Both the position numbers and the translations under genes were made by a program. From positions 810,001-842,000 of the forward strand of contig NC_016070.1 in assembly GCF_000253055.1 (NCBI RefSeq): a stretch of DNA of 32,000 nucleotides. Reading direction: 5' to 3'. Shown piece by piece: positions 17,062 to 27,155 of this stretch. Position 1 is the stretch's first letter; each line of letters opens with the position of its first letter. The notes below the pieces were generated by a model. It saw nothing but the letters and a program-made list of their open reading frames with translations, made no database searches and was not told the origin of the DNA. This stretch comes from Thermoproteus tenax Kra 1 (GTDB taxonomy: Archaea > Thermoproteota > Thermoprotei > Thermoproteales > Thermoproteaceae).

Positions 17062-17739
17062 ATGAACAAGAACGGCATTATCGTCATGATATCCATCCTT
17101 CTGATAACAGTCGGAGTTCTGGTGTTGGCTCTAGGTCCCTACGAGAAGGGGCCCAAATACAAGCCGTATTGGGAGCAAGTCAATATAACCGCTCTGGCTG
17201 TACAAGGCCAGAATTTGGGTGTGGTAGTAAGCAGGGGAAACGGCGGTTGGGCTATTTTCGGCTACCTCGACAACATAACTATGCCTCAGAGGAGCCAACT
17301 CTTGGAGACGTTGCGACTTCTGGTCGCCGAAGCTGAACAATATAACTACACAGTTGTGTTGATACCGTGGGGGGCCGACAACAAGACTAACGCGGTTCTC
17401 TCGGCACTATATTCGGGCGCGTTGAGCCCGACACAATACCTCAACGGCTATGTGAATATCACTACGCAGATAGATCAGAACAGGATCAGTCAAGCTCAAG
17501 CCTACGCCTTGGAGTTGGACCAAGAACTGGGAAGCTATGAGGCGTATCCTGGTATACCGCTCATTCCCACGAGCCCTCCCACCATTTACGCCTATATTGT
17601 GAGGTCTGGGTGCTCCTACCCCGTGTACGAGCCCTATCAACCATTGAGAGATACAAGCTACATGAGCTGGGCCCGTTGGGTTCGCAACGCCTTGGCCAAC
17701 TTGCCCACACTTGTCGGCCAGCCGGGTTGTGTCTGGTGA
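17062..17739 (+). CDS. hypothetical exported or membrane-anchored protein
   Basis: N-terminal hydrophobic segment IIVMISILLITVGVLVLALG followed by a Tyr/Asn-rich ectodomain. TTTTAAAG promoter element about 26 nt upstream. Confidence 0.7.
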   Translation: MNKNGIIVMISILLITVGVLVLALGPYEKGPKYKPYWEQVNITALAVQGQNLGVVVSRGNGGWAIFGYLDNITMPQRSQLLETLRLLVAEAEQYNYTVVLIPWGADNKTNAVLSALYSGALSPTQYLNGYVNITTQIDQNRISQAQAYALELDQELGSYEAYPGIPLIPTSPPTIYAYIVRSGCSYPVYEPYQPLRDTSYMSWARWVRNALANLPTLVGQPGCVW

Positions 17740-17839
17740 TCGCTAGACGTAGATAGGGTCTATCATCTGAAGAGCCTACGCGTCTCTCGGCAGTGGGAGC
17801 GCGTTGCGAGCCTGAGCTCGCCGCCCATCCCTAGGCGCC

Positions 17840-17883
17840 GCCAGCCACTTCTGCCTCGCCCGCGCCTTTCCCGACAGCCCAGT
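17840..17883 (+). repeat. 44-nt exact direct repeat, copy 2
   Basis: Same 44 nt as 16682..16725; flanking bases differ immediately outside. Confidence 0.95.
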
Positions 17884-18077
17884 AGGATCGGGCGCAAGGG
17901 AGCCAGATAGCGCGCCCTCCTCAATTGAGGCGGGTCCCTCGCTGTCAAGCGGACACGCGAGCCGCGCGATCGCCAGGGCCGACGACCACGAAGAGAAAAC
18001 TGCTGCTCCAGCGTAAAAGGAAAGGCATTTCGGGCCATGTAGAGAGGAGAATTAAAAATCTCGGCTTCAAGATTTTC

Positions 18078-19162
<1,085 letters not shown>

Positions 19163-19262
19163 ATATTTTTTTGTTTTTAAATAGAGAATAATATAATAAG
19201 GTTGGTTCATCCAAAAAAGCGCGAAGGTTAAAGCCAGAAGGTTATATAGAGAATAATCTGAC

Positions 19263-19820
19263 GTGGAGCACATCTCCCTCCTCAGGCTTGTGGACGTCGT
19301 ACATGCACTCTTTGCCATGGAGCGCGAGCCCTACGCCTACGAGGCATTCATACGCGCGGCGAACAGCTGGGCCCTAAGGGCTTTGTCCAACGCGCCGGGG
19401 AGAGACTTGAGAGCCAAGGCGTGTAACGCGCTGGGACAGTCCTTGGGTAAGCTGATATCTCAGCTCAGGGCGCCCAGTGTGCTGAAGATCCCCTGCTCCA
19501 TCAGACAGGCGTTGAACATAGATCGAATAAAGTACACAGGATGCCCTAAGTTTCTGGCCGAGTGGGGGGCGGAATACGTCTATAGGCTCGTCTACGACGA
19601 GAGACTGAGGCGCTTAGCTATAAAGAGTGCCATGAGGAACCTATCGCTGTATGCGCACAAGGGACTAAGAGTGGAGGGAGCGCACGCCTCGGAGTGGCTC
19701 GCCGAGGACGCGGTCTCCGCCACGGGCAGTGTAGAGTGGAAGCCGTATCTAAAGAGGCTGTTGTCGGACATATTGCCCCTGTGCCAAGAAGTCGGAGCTC
19801 TCTTGGAGTTAGAGGGATGA
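19263..19820 (+). CDS. hypothetical protein
   Basis: 185 aa ORF, ATGA-overlapped with the next gene; cysteines present. Confidence 0.6.
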   Translation: MEHISLLRLVDVVHALFAMEREPYAYEAFIRAANSWALRALSNAPGRDLRAKACNALGQSLGKLISQLRAPSVLKIPCSIRQALNIDRIKYTGCPKFLAEWGAEYVYRLVYDERLRRLAIKSAMRNLSLYAHKGLRVEGAHASEWLAEDAVSATGSVEWKPYLKRLLSDILPLCQEVGALLELEG

Positions 19821-20530
19821 AGGTGAAGGTGGATATTTTGGCAGTGAGGGAGGCCGAGCTGTTGGTTGAGAGGTTGAGGTCTGCCGGAGCTGTGGTGGTC
19901 GACCCCTACCCTGAGGCGATCCCCACGCTGCTTCAAGACAAGCTGTTGTATCTCTCGTCGTCTATATACGGCAACCTCAGCCCCCTTCCGCTCTTTGAGT
20001 TCGGAAAGGGAGGCAGACGTTATGTTCTTTCGAACAGAGTTCACGCGGAGCTGGCCGAACTTCTCCCGGACCTAAAGGTGATCCACGTAGACGTTAGAGA
20101 GGAGGCGCTCTACCCCTTCGCGGCCTTAGCGTTGGTGTTAAACGATTTGGGCCTCACGCGGCTCAATAGGAAGTTCTTGAACGAGTACGTCTGTCCGGAG
20201 ATACAACAGCTGGATCAGGACGACGTTCCTCTGGCCCGAGAAATAAGGGAGGTGCTCTCGAAGTACTTCAAGCTCTGGCGTCGGGGAACATTGTGGAGGC
20301 TCTGCGGCCTTGGGCCCATCAACGGAGAGAAAAGCGATATAAATATAGATACCATCGCGGTCCGCATCGTCGAGAGCAATAGAAAGTTAAAGCCGAGCAT
20401 ATCGGTGGACGAATTAGAGATAGGCCTAAGAGGTGAGGACAAGGCGTTGTTGGCCAGAGTCGCGAGGGGGCTGAGGATACCAGGCTTTAGGGCAGAGCTG
20501 GAGGAGCTCCTCAGGCGTTATGATTTATAG
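19817..20530 (+). CDS. hypothetical protein
   Basis: Start trimmed to MKVKVDILAVREAELLVERLRSAG..., which overlaps the upstream stop by ATGA. Translationally coupled pair. Confidence 0.6.
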   Translation: MKVKVDILAVREAELLVERLRSAGAVVVDPYPEAIPTLLQDKLLYLSSSIYGNLSPLPLFEFGKGGRRYVLSNRVHAELAELLPDLKVIHVDVREEALYPFAALALVLNDLGLTRLNRKFLNEYVCPEIQQLDQDDVPLAREIREVLSKYFKLWRRGTLWRLCGLGPINGEKSDINIDTIAVRIVESNRKLKPSISVDELEIGLRGEDKALLARVARGLRIPGFRAELEELLRRYDL

Positions 20531-20574
20531 TCGATAGGTCCGACGGACGCCCTCGCTGTGATGTCGTAAACAGC

Positions 20575-20619
20575 AAGCCTCGTCCTTTAGGGCGGGGTCA
20601 GGCTTTAGGCTTCTTTTTT
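20575..20619 (+). terminator. hairpin plus poly-T, putative transcription terminator upstream of the pilus/secretion locus
   Basis: AAGCCTCGTCC-TTTA-GGGCGGGGTCAGGCTTTAGGCTTCTTTTTT: CCTCGTCC/GGGCGGGG and AAGCC/GGCTT can pair, followed by TTTTTT. Confidence 0.45.
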
Positions 20620-20764
20620 CCTTCATAGCAGAGCGGTGAAGAAGGCTAAGAGGCTTAAACCGGCAGCGGGCGCCTAGGGACAGATGGCGAATTCGGAGCC
20701 CCCCAGAGAGAGCCGGCGTTGCATAAGGGAAAGGAGTAGACGCCCACGGAAATACTACCCTTTT

Positions 20765-21469
20765 ATGGGCGTCAAATTTGCAATAGTCTACTCGGTCGAC
20801 GGCGGAGTGGGGAAGACGACTTTAGCCACCGCGATAGCTTTAGAGAAAGAGCGCGTGCTACTGATAGATGCCGACTGGGAGAAGGCAGACCTCTCGGCGT
20901 TGTTCGGAGCTCCGAGGAGACCCGGCTGGCTCTCCGGCTATTATGGCAAAGACGTATATTTGCATAAGGTAAAACCTAACATATATTTGTTACCAGGCTT
21001 TGATGCGGCGGCCTTATATCAACGGGGGGACATGACCGACGCCGAGCTTTTCGACGCGTTGTTTCAAGTCCTCTCGGCGTTGCCGGACGCAGTGGCCGAG
21101 GAGAGACTGCCAGTGGACACAATCGTCGTGGATACTCCCAAGGCCCCGCAGCTAACGTGGATTGAGAAGCTCCAGAGGAGACTTAAGGCACAAGCGTTCT
21201 TTATCGCCGATAGACGGCTCGTGGTCAGACTTGCAGACGTCAAAATGCAGATCTACGGCAAATACATGCGTTATGCCTCCCTCGTCGTAGCGAACATGTT
21301 GGAGAAAGAGGACGAAAAGATGCCGGGAATCAAGATGATGAACGCTTACCTTAACAGGGTTAAGATGCCCTCAGAGTACACCGCCGAGGCGGTCCACAAG
21401 AGCTTGCTCTCCAACAGGAGGAATAAGGAGGCGGTTCGTATGTTGGTGCGTTGGATTAAAGAGAGATGA
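20765..21469 (+). CDS. MinD/ParA-family ATPase (TadZ-like)
   Basis: MGVKFAIVYSVDGGVGKTTLATAIALEK (deviant Walker A), VLLIDADWEKADLSALFG, DTIVVDTPKAPQL. Overlaps the secretion ATPase start by 4 nt. Confidence 0.82.
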   Translation: MGVKFAIVYSVDGGVGKTTLATAIALEKERVLLIDADWEKADLSALFGAPRRPGWLSGYYGKDVYLHKVKPNIYLLPGFDAAALYQRGDMTDAELFDALFQVLSALPDAVAEERLPVDTIVVDTPKAPQLTWIEKLQRRLKAQAFFIADRRLVVRLADVKMQIYGKYMRYASLVVANMLEKEDEKMPGIKMMNAYLNRVKMPSEYTAEAVHKSLLSNRRNKEAVRMLVRWIKER

Positions 21470-23097
21470 GCTTGGCGGGGGCCCTATTGGCAGAGACGGA
21501 CAAGACCCTCATCGCCCGTTGCGTTGTAGTCAAGAGGGGAGTTATTGTGCACGGGAACTATGCTACAGATACCTGTATAACAGAGGACGGCCAGTACGTC
21601 ATCATAGACCCCGAAGTGCCTGAGCCCTTAAAGAGAGCCCTCGCATTGGCGACGCTCAGAGGAGCCATCCCTCCCGACTACCAGGAGTACGATAGAGCCA
21701 TGCGCGATGCCTTAGCGGTCCTGGCGGACGGCCGGAGCCTCCTCGCATGGAGAAAGAGGAGGGATATGCTCCGCCTCTACAGAGAGTACCGCCCATTGGT
21801 GCACTACATACTCGATCGATGGACAGGCCATGGGGAGCTGGGAGGCTACGGCGTATTAGAGCCCCTCTTGAGGGACGACCTCCTCACAGAGGTGGTTGTG
21901 CCTCAGCCGCTTGCGCCTCCAATGCGCTGGACAGAGCTACCGAAGAGCCCGCGGCAGTTGCTCGATAAAATATACGCAGAGGTCGTAGAATTGGGCAGGT
22001 TCAGAAGAGTGGTAGCCGTGAGGAACAACGCGAGGATGCCCACGAACGCTGTCGTGCCGGAGGCCTTCATGCCCCTTTTGGTGAAGAAGCTCATCCCGAG
22101 CCTCACTCTTGAGAGGCCGTTTCAGACCCGCGAGGATCCAGTCTACAGAATACGTATAGCGGCCGATCTGCTTGAGTATAATATTAATATCAGAAAGATG
22201 AGCGAGGTGCCGAGACCGTCTCCATCGCTCCTAAAGACCTATCTGGTGGCGCCCAAGCCTCCCCAAAACGGCGCCGCTATAGCGGCGGAGCTCAAGGGGC
22301 TGGAGCTCTTCGCCCTCGCCACTATAGCGGCGGAGGCAAAGTGGACTGTCGTCTTCTCTGGGGCCATGGGGACGGGCAAAACTACCCAACTCAACTTGCT
22401 CCTCTACTTCACTCCTCCTTGGATCCAAGTGGTCGTCATCGAGAGAGGCGCCAGGGAGGTGTGGGCCCCTCTGGAGGATCAGATATTGCACATATCGGTG
22501 CCCTCTGAGGCGAAGCTAGAGGAGGCCCTCGATCAAGCGCTCCGATATGGCACGATGGAGAGCATCATAGCGTTGGCGGAGGCGCGCACGGCGCGGGAGC
22601 TCAACACGCTCGTGTCGTACAAGCTCACAGGCCATGGGGGGCTGACAACGATTCACGCAGACACCATACACGATGCGCTTCTGAGGATTACTAGGTCAGG
22701 CGCGCCCTCAGAGGCTCTGGCCAATACTCTTATACTACAGCTGGGCGTCTCCAACGCCGTCAGATACTTAAAGGAGTGGAAGGCGTTGATCGCAAAGGGC
22801 GGCGAGGTGGCCGAGGCTTCGGGCCCAGAGGTTCTAGCCGCTTTGGAGGGATACACGAGGGCGGTCTACGCGACCTCAATACTGGAGGAGATCAAACTGA
22901 GGGTCGAGTTGATCCGCGCAGTAGCCGAAAAGGAGCTGGAGCCGCTCGAAGCTCGAGAGAGGATCGTGAGGCTATTCAGACGGAGGAGGACGTCAGTTAT
23001 ACAAGAGGCGTTCAAGTTCGGCTATTCATATTTACGTGAGGTTGAAAATCCAACACAACAAGGAGGAGCAAGCCGCCGGAGCGACAGACCTGTTTAA
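21466..23097 (+). CDS. type II/IV secretion system ATPase (TadA/VirB11/GspE-like)
   Basis: Walker A FSGAMGTGKTTQLNLLL, IQVVVIERGARE (Asp-box-like), SYKLTGHGGLTTIHADTIHDALLRI (His-box). Confidence 0.9.
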   Translation: MSLAGALLAETDKTLIARCVVVKRGVIVHGNYATDTCITEDGQYVIIDPEVPEPLKRALALATLRGAIPPDYQEYDRAMRDALAVLADGRSLLAWRKRRDMLRLYREYRPLVHYILDRWTGHGELGGYGVLEPLLRDDLLTEVVVPQPLAPPMRWTELPKSPRQLLDKIYAEVVELGRFRRVVAVRNNARMPTNAVVPEAFMPLLVKKLIPSLTLERPFQTREDPVYRIRIAADLLEYNINIRKMSEVPRPSPSLLKTYLVAPKPPQNGAAIAAELKGLELFALATIAAEAKWTVVFSGAMGTGKTTQLNLLLYFTPPWIQVVVIERGAREVWAPLEDQILHISVPSEAKLEEALDQALRYGTMESIIALAEARTARELNTLVSYKLTGHGGLTTIHADTIHDALLRITRSGAPSEALANTLILQLGVSNAVRYLKEWKALIAKGGEVAEASGPEVLAALEGYTRAVYATSILEEIKLRVELIRAVAEKELEPLEARERIVRLFRRRRTSVIQEAFKFGYSYLREVENPTQQGGASRRSDRPV

Positions 23098-23317
23098 CGA
23101 TACAAGCGAAGGCCTGGACGACATAGGGCACAAACAGAGCGCGGACAGCTGGGCCTTAGACTTCATAAAGTCGTTGGAGAGAGCCCCTAGGGAGGTCCTG
23201 GACAAACTGGGCCCGGAGGTGCTTGAGGCGGCCCTGCGCGAGGCGGCCAACTTGGACGGCGACGCCGGCGTAGTGGCTCGCCTCGCTATAACGTTGTTGA
23301 GGAGGTGCAGAGGATGA
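23036..23317 (+). CDS. small hypothetical protein in secretion operon
   Basis: 93 aa ORF overlapping both the ATPase 3' end and the next ORF. First codons uncertain. Confidence 0.55.
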   Translation: MRLKIQHNKEEQAAGATDLFNDTSEGLDDIGHKQSADSWALDFIKSLERAPREVLDKLGPEVLEAALREAANLDGDAGVVARLAITLLRRCRG

Positions 23318-23700
23318 GGGAGTGCGAAAAATTGATCGATGAGGGATATACGAAGGAGGCGGCAGAGGAGCTGTGCGAGACTGCTAAGGCTCTGGGCATA
23401 AAGCCCGCCAAACTGATAGCGGCGGCCAGAAGGCTGGAGAGGGAGGGAATCGCGTTGACGAGGGAGGACTGGCTTGTCGTTAAAGACGTCATGAGCAAGG
23501 GCTACTCGCTCGGCACAGTGGTGGACTACATAATAAAGAGACATAGATCGGGACTCTCGGCCAGACAGATAATAGAGGAGCTCCCTCTGGCGGCGAGCGC
23601 CTCCGCGAGGAGGGCGCACATACTGGGCAATCTGATAAAGTTGCTCCACGCGCCGGAGTGGTTCATTGCTGAGAACAAAGAGGAGGGTAAAGCGCGATGA
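23305..23700 (+). CDS. hypothetical helical protein in secretion operon
   Basis: 131 aa, Glu/Ala/Lys/Leu-rich helices, overlaps its neighbours by a few nt on both sides. Confidence 0.65.
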   Translation: MQRMRECEKLIDEGYTKEAAEELCETAKALGIKPAKLIAAARRLEREGIALTREDWLVVKDVMSKGYSLGTVVDYIIKRHRSGLSARQIIEELPLAASASARRAHILGNLIKLLHAPEWFIAENKEEGKAR

Positions 23701-24917
23701 ACAGAGAGGAGTTCTACCTGCTTGCAGCGCCCGTCTTTGCCACGTATTTGGCCAGAGTATCCTCTCAAGAGGCGCTCCGCTATACGGCCTCGGCGTTGGA
23801 GGACGTGGATGAGCGCCACTCGAGAGAGCTCTTGTTGACAAGCCTCACGCCAAACCCTGGCCCCAAGCTCGTCGAGGACAAGCTGCCTGTCGTGAGACAA
23901 TTCGGCTTTGCTGTATCTCAAGAGGAGGCCGGAGTGCCCAAGCCGGTCCTCGTTTCCTCCTTCCTCTCAAACCTCAGGGCATACGCCGTGGGCAAACTTG
24001 AGGCGGCCATGCAACAGTTCACGGGGCTTTTCTCAGCTATGGCCAGCATGATGTTTGCTCCGTTGCTGCTCCTGTTTCTCTACGCCTACGGTCTCTTCGG
24101 GATCAACCCGACGGAGCTCTACTCATTGGGCGCCCTTATCTCTTTGTTGATCTCGCTCCTGATATATAGGGCGATGCCTAAGGACCTCTCGCCGAGAGTC
24201 TACGGCCCGTCCCTCCCTCTGGCCATCGTCGCGGGCGCCGCCGTGGGCGCGTTGGCCTACAACTACGCGCTGCCGCTAGCTCTGGCGCCTCTTGTCGCCG
24301 GCGCCGTCCTTACCGCGTGGCTGTTGACGACTAGGAGGATCCGTTGGTACTCGCTGGCTCTGGAGGTGCCGCCCATGCTCCGCGACTTCGCCTCGCGCCT
24401 ATCCCAAGGCGTGCCGCCAGATTTGGCTATGAGGGAGGTGGCCGCCACATACAAGAGCGCCTGGATGATAGCCTACTTCTATAGCATTCCATCTCTGCTC
24501 TACTCCGTGGCCAAAGCCATGTATATGGCGATCTCCTGGGCCGGCCCCAACCTCGAGGCAGTGGACTACCTCCAAGCGCTCCTCAACGAGCGCGAGAGGG
24601 CCATGAGGAGGGTGACATCGCTGGCCTTCATATTCATAGCCGTCTACCTCGGCGCCTCTCTCCTGTTGGCCTACTCCCTCGATATATCTACTACTGCGCT
24701 TCAGACTGTGCCGTCCACCGGGCAGGCCATCCTCTATCCTGTACCTCCTCAACAGGCGGAATATGTCGTAGCACAGCTCTTGTCTCTTATGACAGCAGGA
24801 TTTCTATTCTCAGTGCTGATGCCCAACCGCGGCGCATGGCTCTCTCTATCTGTTGGCGGAATCGCCGGAGTTGCCCTCTTCTATTCACTAGGCTATCTGT
24901 GGGCTATATGGGCGTGA
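23697..24917 (+). CDS. TadC/GspF-like polytopic membrane platform protein
   Basis: Multiple TM segments, SLALEVPPMLRDFASRLSQGVPPDLAMREVA resembles T2SSF-family cytoplasmic repeats; adjacent to the secretion ATPase. Confidence 0.75.
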   Translation: MNREEFYLLAAPVFATYLARVSSQEALRYTASALEDVDERHSRELLLTSLTPNPGPKLVEDKLPVVRQFGFAVSQEEAGVPKPVLVSSFLSNLRAYAVGKLEAAMQQFTGLFSAMASMMFAPLLLLFLYAYGLFGINPTELYSLGALISLLISLLIYRAMPKDLSPRVYGPSLPLAIVAGAAVGALAYNYALPLALAPLVAGAVLTAWLLTTRRIRWYSLALEVPPMLRDFASRLSQGVPPDLAMREVAATYKSAWMIAYFYSIPSLLYSVAKAMYMAISWAGPNLEAVDYLQALLNERERAMRRVTSLAFIFIAVYLGASLLLAYSLDISTTALQTVPSTGQAILYPVPPQQAEYVVAQLLSLMTAGFLFSVLMPNRGAWLSLSVGGIAGVALFYSLGYLWAIWA

Positions 24918-25423
24918 GGGGCCTTATATCCTTACGCTGGCTGATAGTCTCAGCTGCGACCATCGCTGCCGTCGCCGCGCTGGCGCTGGCGCAGTATCAC
25001 GCCATGAGCGAGGCGCGGTCCAACTACCCGCTCCTCGCGTTGGCGCAAGCTGTGAGAGACCTGACCTCCGTCAGCCTGCCGGACTACGTCAGAGTTTACA
25101 CTATAGAGGTGCACTACGTATATACAAGCGGTAGATGGGCTCTGGAGCCGGGCCCATCGCCGCCCAACTGCTCCAGCTGTATTCCTCCGCGCGGTTGGCT
25201 CTACTCTGTGTCGTTCGGCGCCAACGCGACGCCGCCCTTCGGGGCTACATACACCGTCGAGAACGCCACGCTCCTGTTGGGGGAGTCGCTCGTCGTTCCT
25301 CCCTATTGGGAGAACGCCACGCTCCTCTACCTCTATCCCACATGTCGAGGCGGCTTTAACTTTAAGTTCCAGAGGACAGAGGCCTTCGATGGAGTTGCGT
25401 TAATAATAATCCAGTGCAGTTGA
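24908..25423 (+). CDS. membrane-anchored pilin-like or accessory protein
   Basis: MGVRGLISLRWLIVSAATIAAVAALALAQYHAMSEAR... single N-terminal TM plus ectodomain with paired cysteines (CSSC). Start is ATG 24908 or GTG 24914. Confidence 0.6.
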   Translation: MGVRGLISLRWLIVSAATIAAVAALALAQYHAMSEARSNYPLLALAQAVRDLTSVSLPDYVRVYTIEVHYVYTSGRWALEPGPSPPNCSSCIPPRGWLYSVSFGANATPPFGATYTVENATLLLGESLVVPPYWENATLLYLYPTCRGGFNFKFQRTEAFDGVALIIIQCS

Positions 25424-25531
25424 CGGCTCGTCCTAGGCGGTTGCCACCATGCCTTTAAGCTCGTAGAACCATCCCCAACTTCTGGACTGGCTGTTAGCAC
25501 CAGAGAGGGTCGGAAGACTCAATATTTTTTC

Positions 25532-26026
25532 ATGCACTCAACACAAAATAAGGTCGGGAAGATCGTTGGAAGGAAGCTGAGGGGCCAATCAGGGGGTATC
25601 GACGCATTAATAATATTGGCTATCGTGATAGCGGTAGCCGCTATAATAGCGCTAGCCATTATGAGGATGGGCCAGTCGGCCGCCTCTGCAACGAGAGCGC
25701 AAGTGTTGGCCACCGTGGGAACCCACTATATGACAGTGGAGGTTCAAGTTCTGTCTGGAAAGCTCAACCAACTGTATGTACAGTACTGGCCTGAGAACCA
25801 GCCGAATAATATAGCGAACACTCCAGGTTCCTGTTATACTAATTCGACGGGCTCTACTCCAGTGAGCTCTACCGGCCTCTCCTTATACTCGGGCCAGTCG
25901 GCGGTGTGTTACTTCCCCTTGTCGACTACGCCGGGGGTTCAGTACAGCTACGTCATCATAGGATACGACGCAAACGGGAGAGTGATCCAGCTCTCGAGGG
26001 GCGTCTTCACGGCCGGCGCCAGCTAG
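25532..26026 (+). CDS. type IV pilin-like protein with class III-type signal
   Basis: KIVGRKLRG^QSGGIDALIILAIVIAVAAIIALAIMRMG: basic residues and Gly before a Gln-led hydrophobic helix, typical of archaeal type IV pilins. Confidence 0.75.
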   Translation: MHSTQNKVGKIVGRKLRGQSGGIDALIILAIVIAVAAIIALAIMRMGQSAASATRAQVLATVGTHYMTVEVQVLSGKLNQLYVQYWPENQPNNIANTPGSCYTNSTGSTPVSSTGLSLYSGQSAVCYFPLSTTPGVQYSYVIIGYDANGRVIQLSRGVFTAGAS

Positions 26027-26062
26027 GCGCGAACTTCGCGCAATCCCTCTTTTTTAATTTTT

Positions 26063-26335
26063 GTGGACGTAGATGTATATGCTATGGTCGTGATCCTCGC
26101 TATAGCCTTGGTCATAATAGCGATGGTTCAGCCCTTCGGCTACAACGGCCCCTCCCTCTCGGCAATCTATAGGTATTGGCCCCAGTACTACAACTTCACT
26201 GTATCAGGCGACGTCAACAAGCTCTTCTTTGTCAAATATATGACCTGTTGGATCTACAACGGCAGTTGGACGCAGATATCCAACGCAGGCGGGCTCGGAC
26301 TGGCGACGCACGTGGCCAACTTGATCTGCCGCTAG
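26063..26335 (+). CDS. minimal pilin-like or membrane-anchored protein
   Basis: 90 aa; YAMVVILAIALVIIAMVQPFG hydrophobic N-terminus. ATG 26084 is an alternative leaderless start. Confidence 0.55.
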   Translation: MDVDVYAMVVILAIALVIIAMVQPFGYNGPSLSAIYRYWPQYYNFTVSGDVNKLFFVKYMTCWIYNGSWTQISNAGGLGLATHVANLICR

Positions 26336-26348
26336 ATCCATTTTTGAT

Positions 26349-26687
26349 ATGAGGGGCCAAGGTGAACTTGTGACAATCGCCGCGATGCTTGCGGTTGGAG
26401 CGATGGCAATCCTCATAATTCAATCGGTAGCTCATGCGACCTCGTGGGAGCTCTGCAAGGCGGCGGCTCTAGCCCTTCAATACAACGGCTCGGCGTTCAG
26501 AGTGGAGTCTCTGGCATCGGCCCGGTGCTCTCCCTCAGGTTGCCAACTGAGTTGCGGGCTGTTCGTGCCTGCAGATAGAGTATTATATGTAGAGGGACGT
26601 CCGGCGCTGGGAGGCCTCCCTGGCGTCGTCATCGTGGGGTCAACACCCGACGGAAAACTGTATATAATTCCAGTTGTAGAAGGCTAA
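26349..26687 (+). CDS. pseudopilin-like protein
   Basis: MRG^QGELVTIAAMLAVGAMAILIIQS: very short class III-like leader ending in RG, followed by Q-G-E and a hydrophobic helix; Cys-containing ectodomain. Confidence 0.7.
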   Translation: MRGQGELVTIAAMLAVGAMAILIIQSVAHATSWELCKAAALALQYNGSAFRVESLASARCSPSGCQLSCGLFVPADRVLYVEGRPALGGLPGVVIVGSTPDGKLYIIPVVEG

Positions 26688-26734
26688 AGCGCTAACTCTA
26701 TAGGGCCACGAGCACGCACATATTTTTATTTTTC

Positions 26735-27154
26735 ATGAAGGGCCAACTCTCCGCTCCTGTGGCGGCCGCGATATTCGCTCTGGGGACCTCCATCTTAATA
26801 CTGGCGGCCATACTTAAGGTGGAGTCTGTGGCCTTGAGCCGGCACCTCGCCCCTCTGCCGCCAGCGGCCGAGGCAGGCGTCCGCTGGATCCACGTGCTGA
26901 ACTGCTCTGGCACTCTGATAGCTGTGGACGCAGGGACCTCCAACGCAAGTCAGGCGGAGGAGCTGGTGGGTTTGAGCTGTCGAGACCTAGCCTCATTCGA
27001 GCTGTGGCCCGGCGGTTACTCGTGCAACGGGACTGCAAGAATAGGGCCGGACCCCTTCACAGGCCTCTGGTGTCCTCCGCTCAAGATGCCTGACGGCAAG
27101 TGCTCCTCGGGGGTCCTTGTCTCAGAGGGGAGGTTTCTCTTGGTTCAGTGTTGA
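26735..27154 (+). CDS. pseudopilin-like protein
   Basis: MKG^QLSAPVAAAIFALGTSILILAAIL; Cys-rich small ectodomain. Confidence 0.65.
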   Translation: MKGQLSAPVAAAIFALGTSILILAAILKVESVALSRHLAPLPPAAEAGVRWIHVLNCSGTLIAVDAGTSNASQAEELVGLSCRDLASFELWPGGYSCNGTARIGPDPFTGLWCPPLKMPDGKCSSGVLVSEGRFLLVQC

Positions 27155-27155
27155 T

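Noticed and set aside
17763-18038. Minus-strand ORF 17763..18038
   Set aside because: Arg-rich translation spanning the 44-nt repeat and the Nudix promoter region; no protein-like signal.
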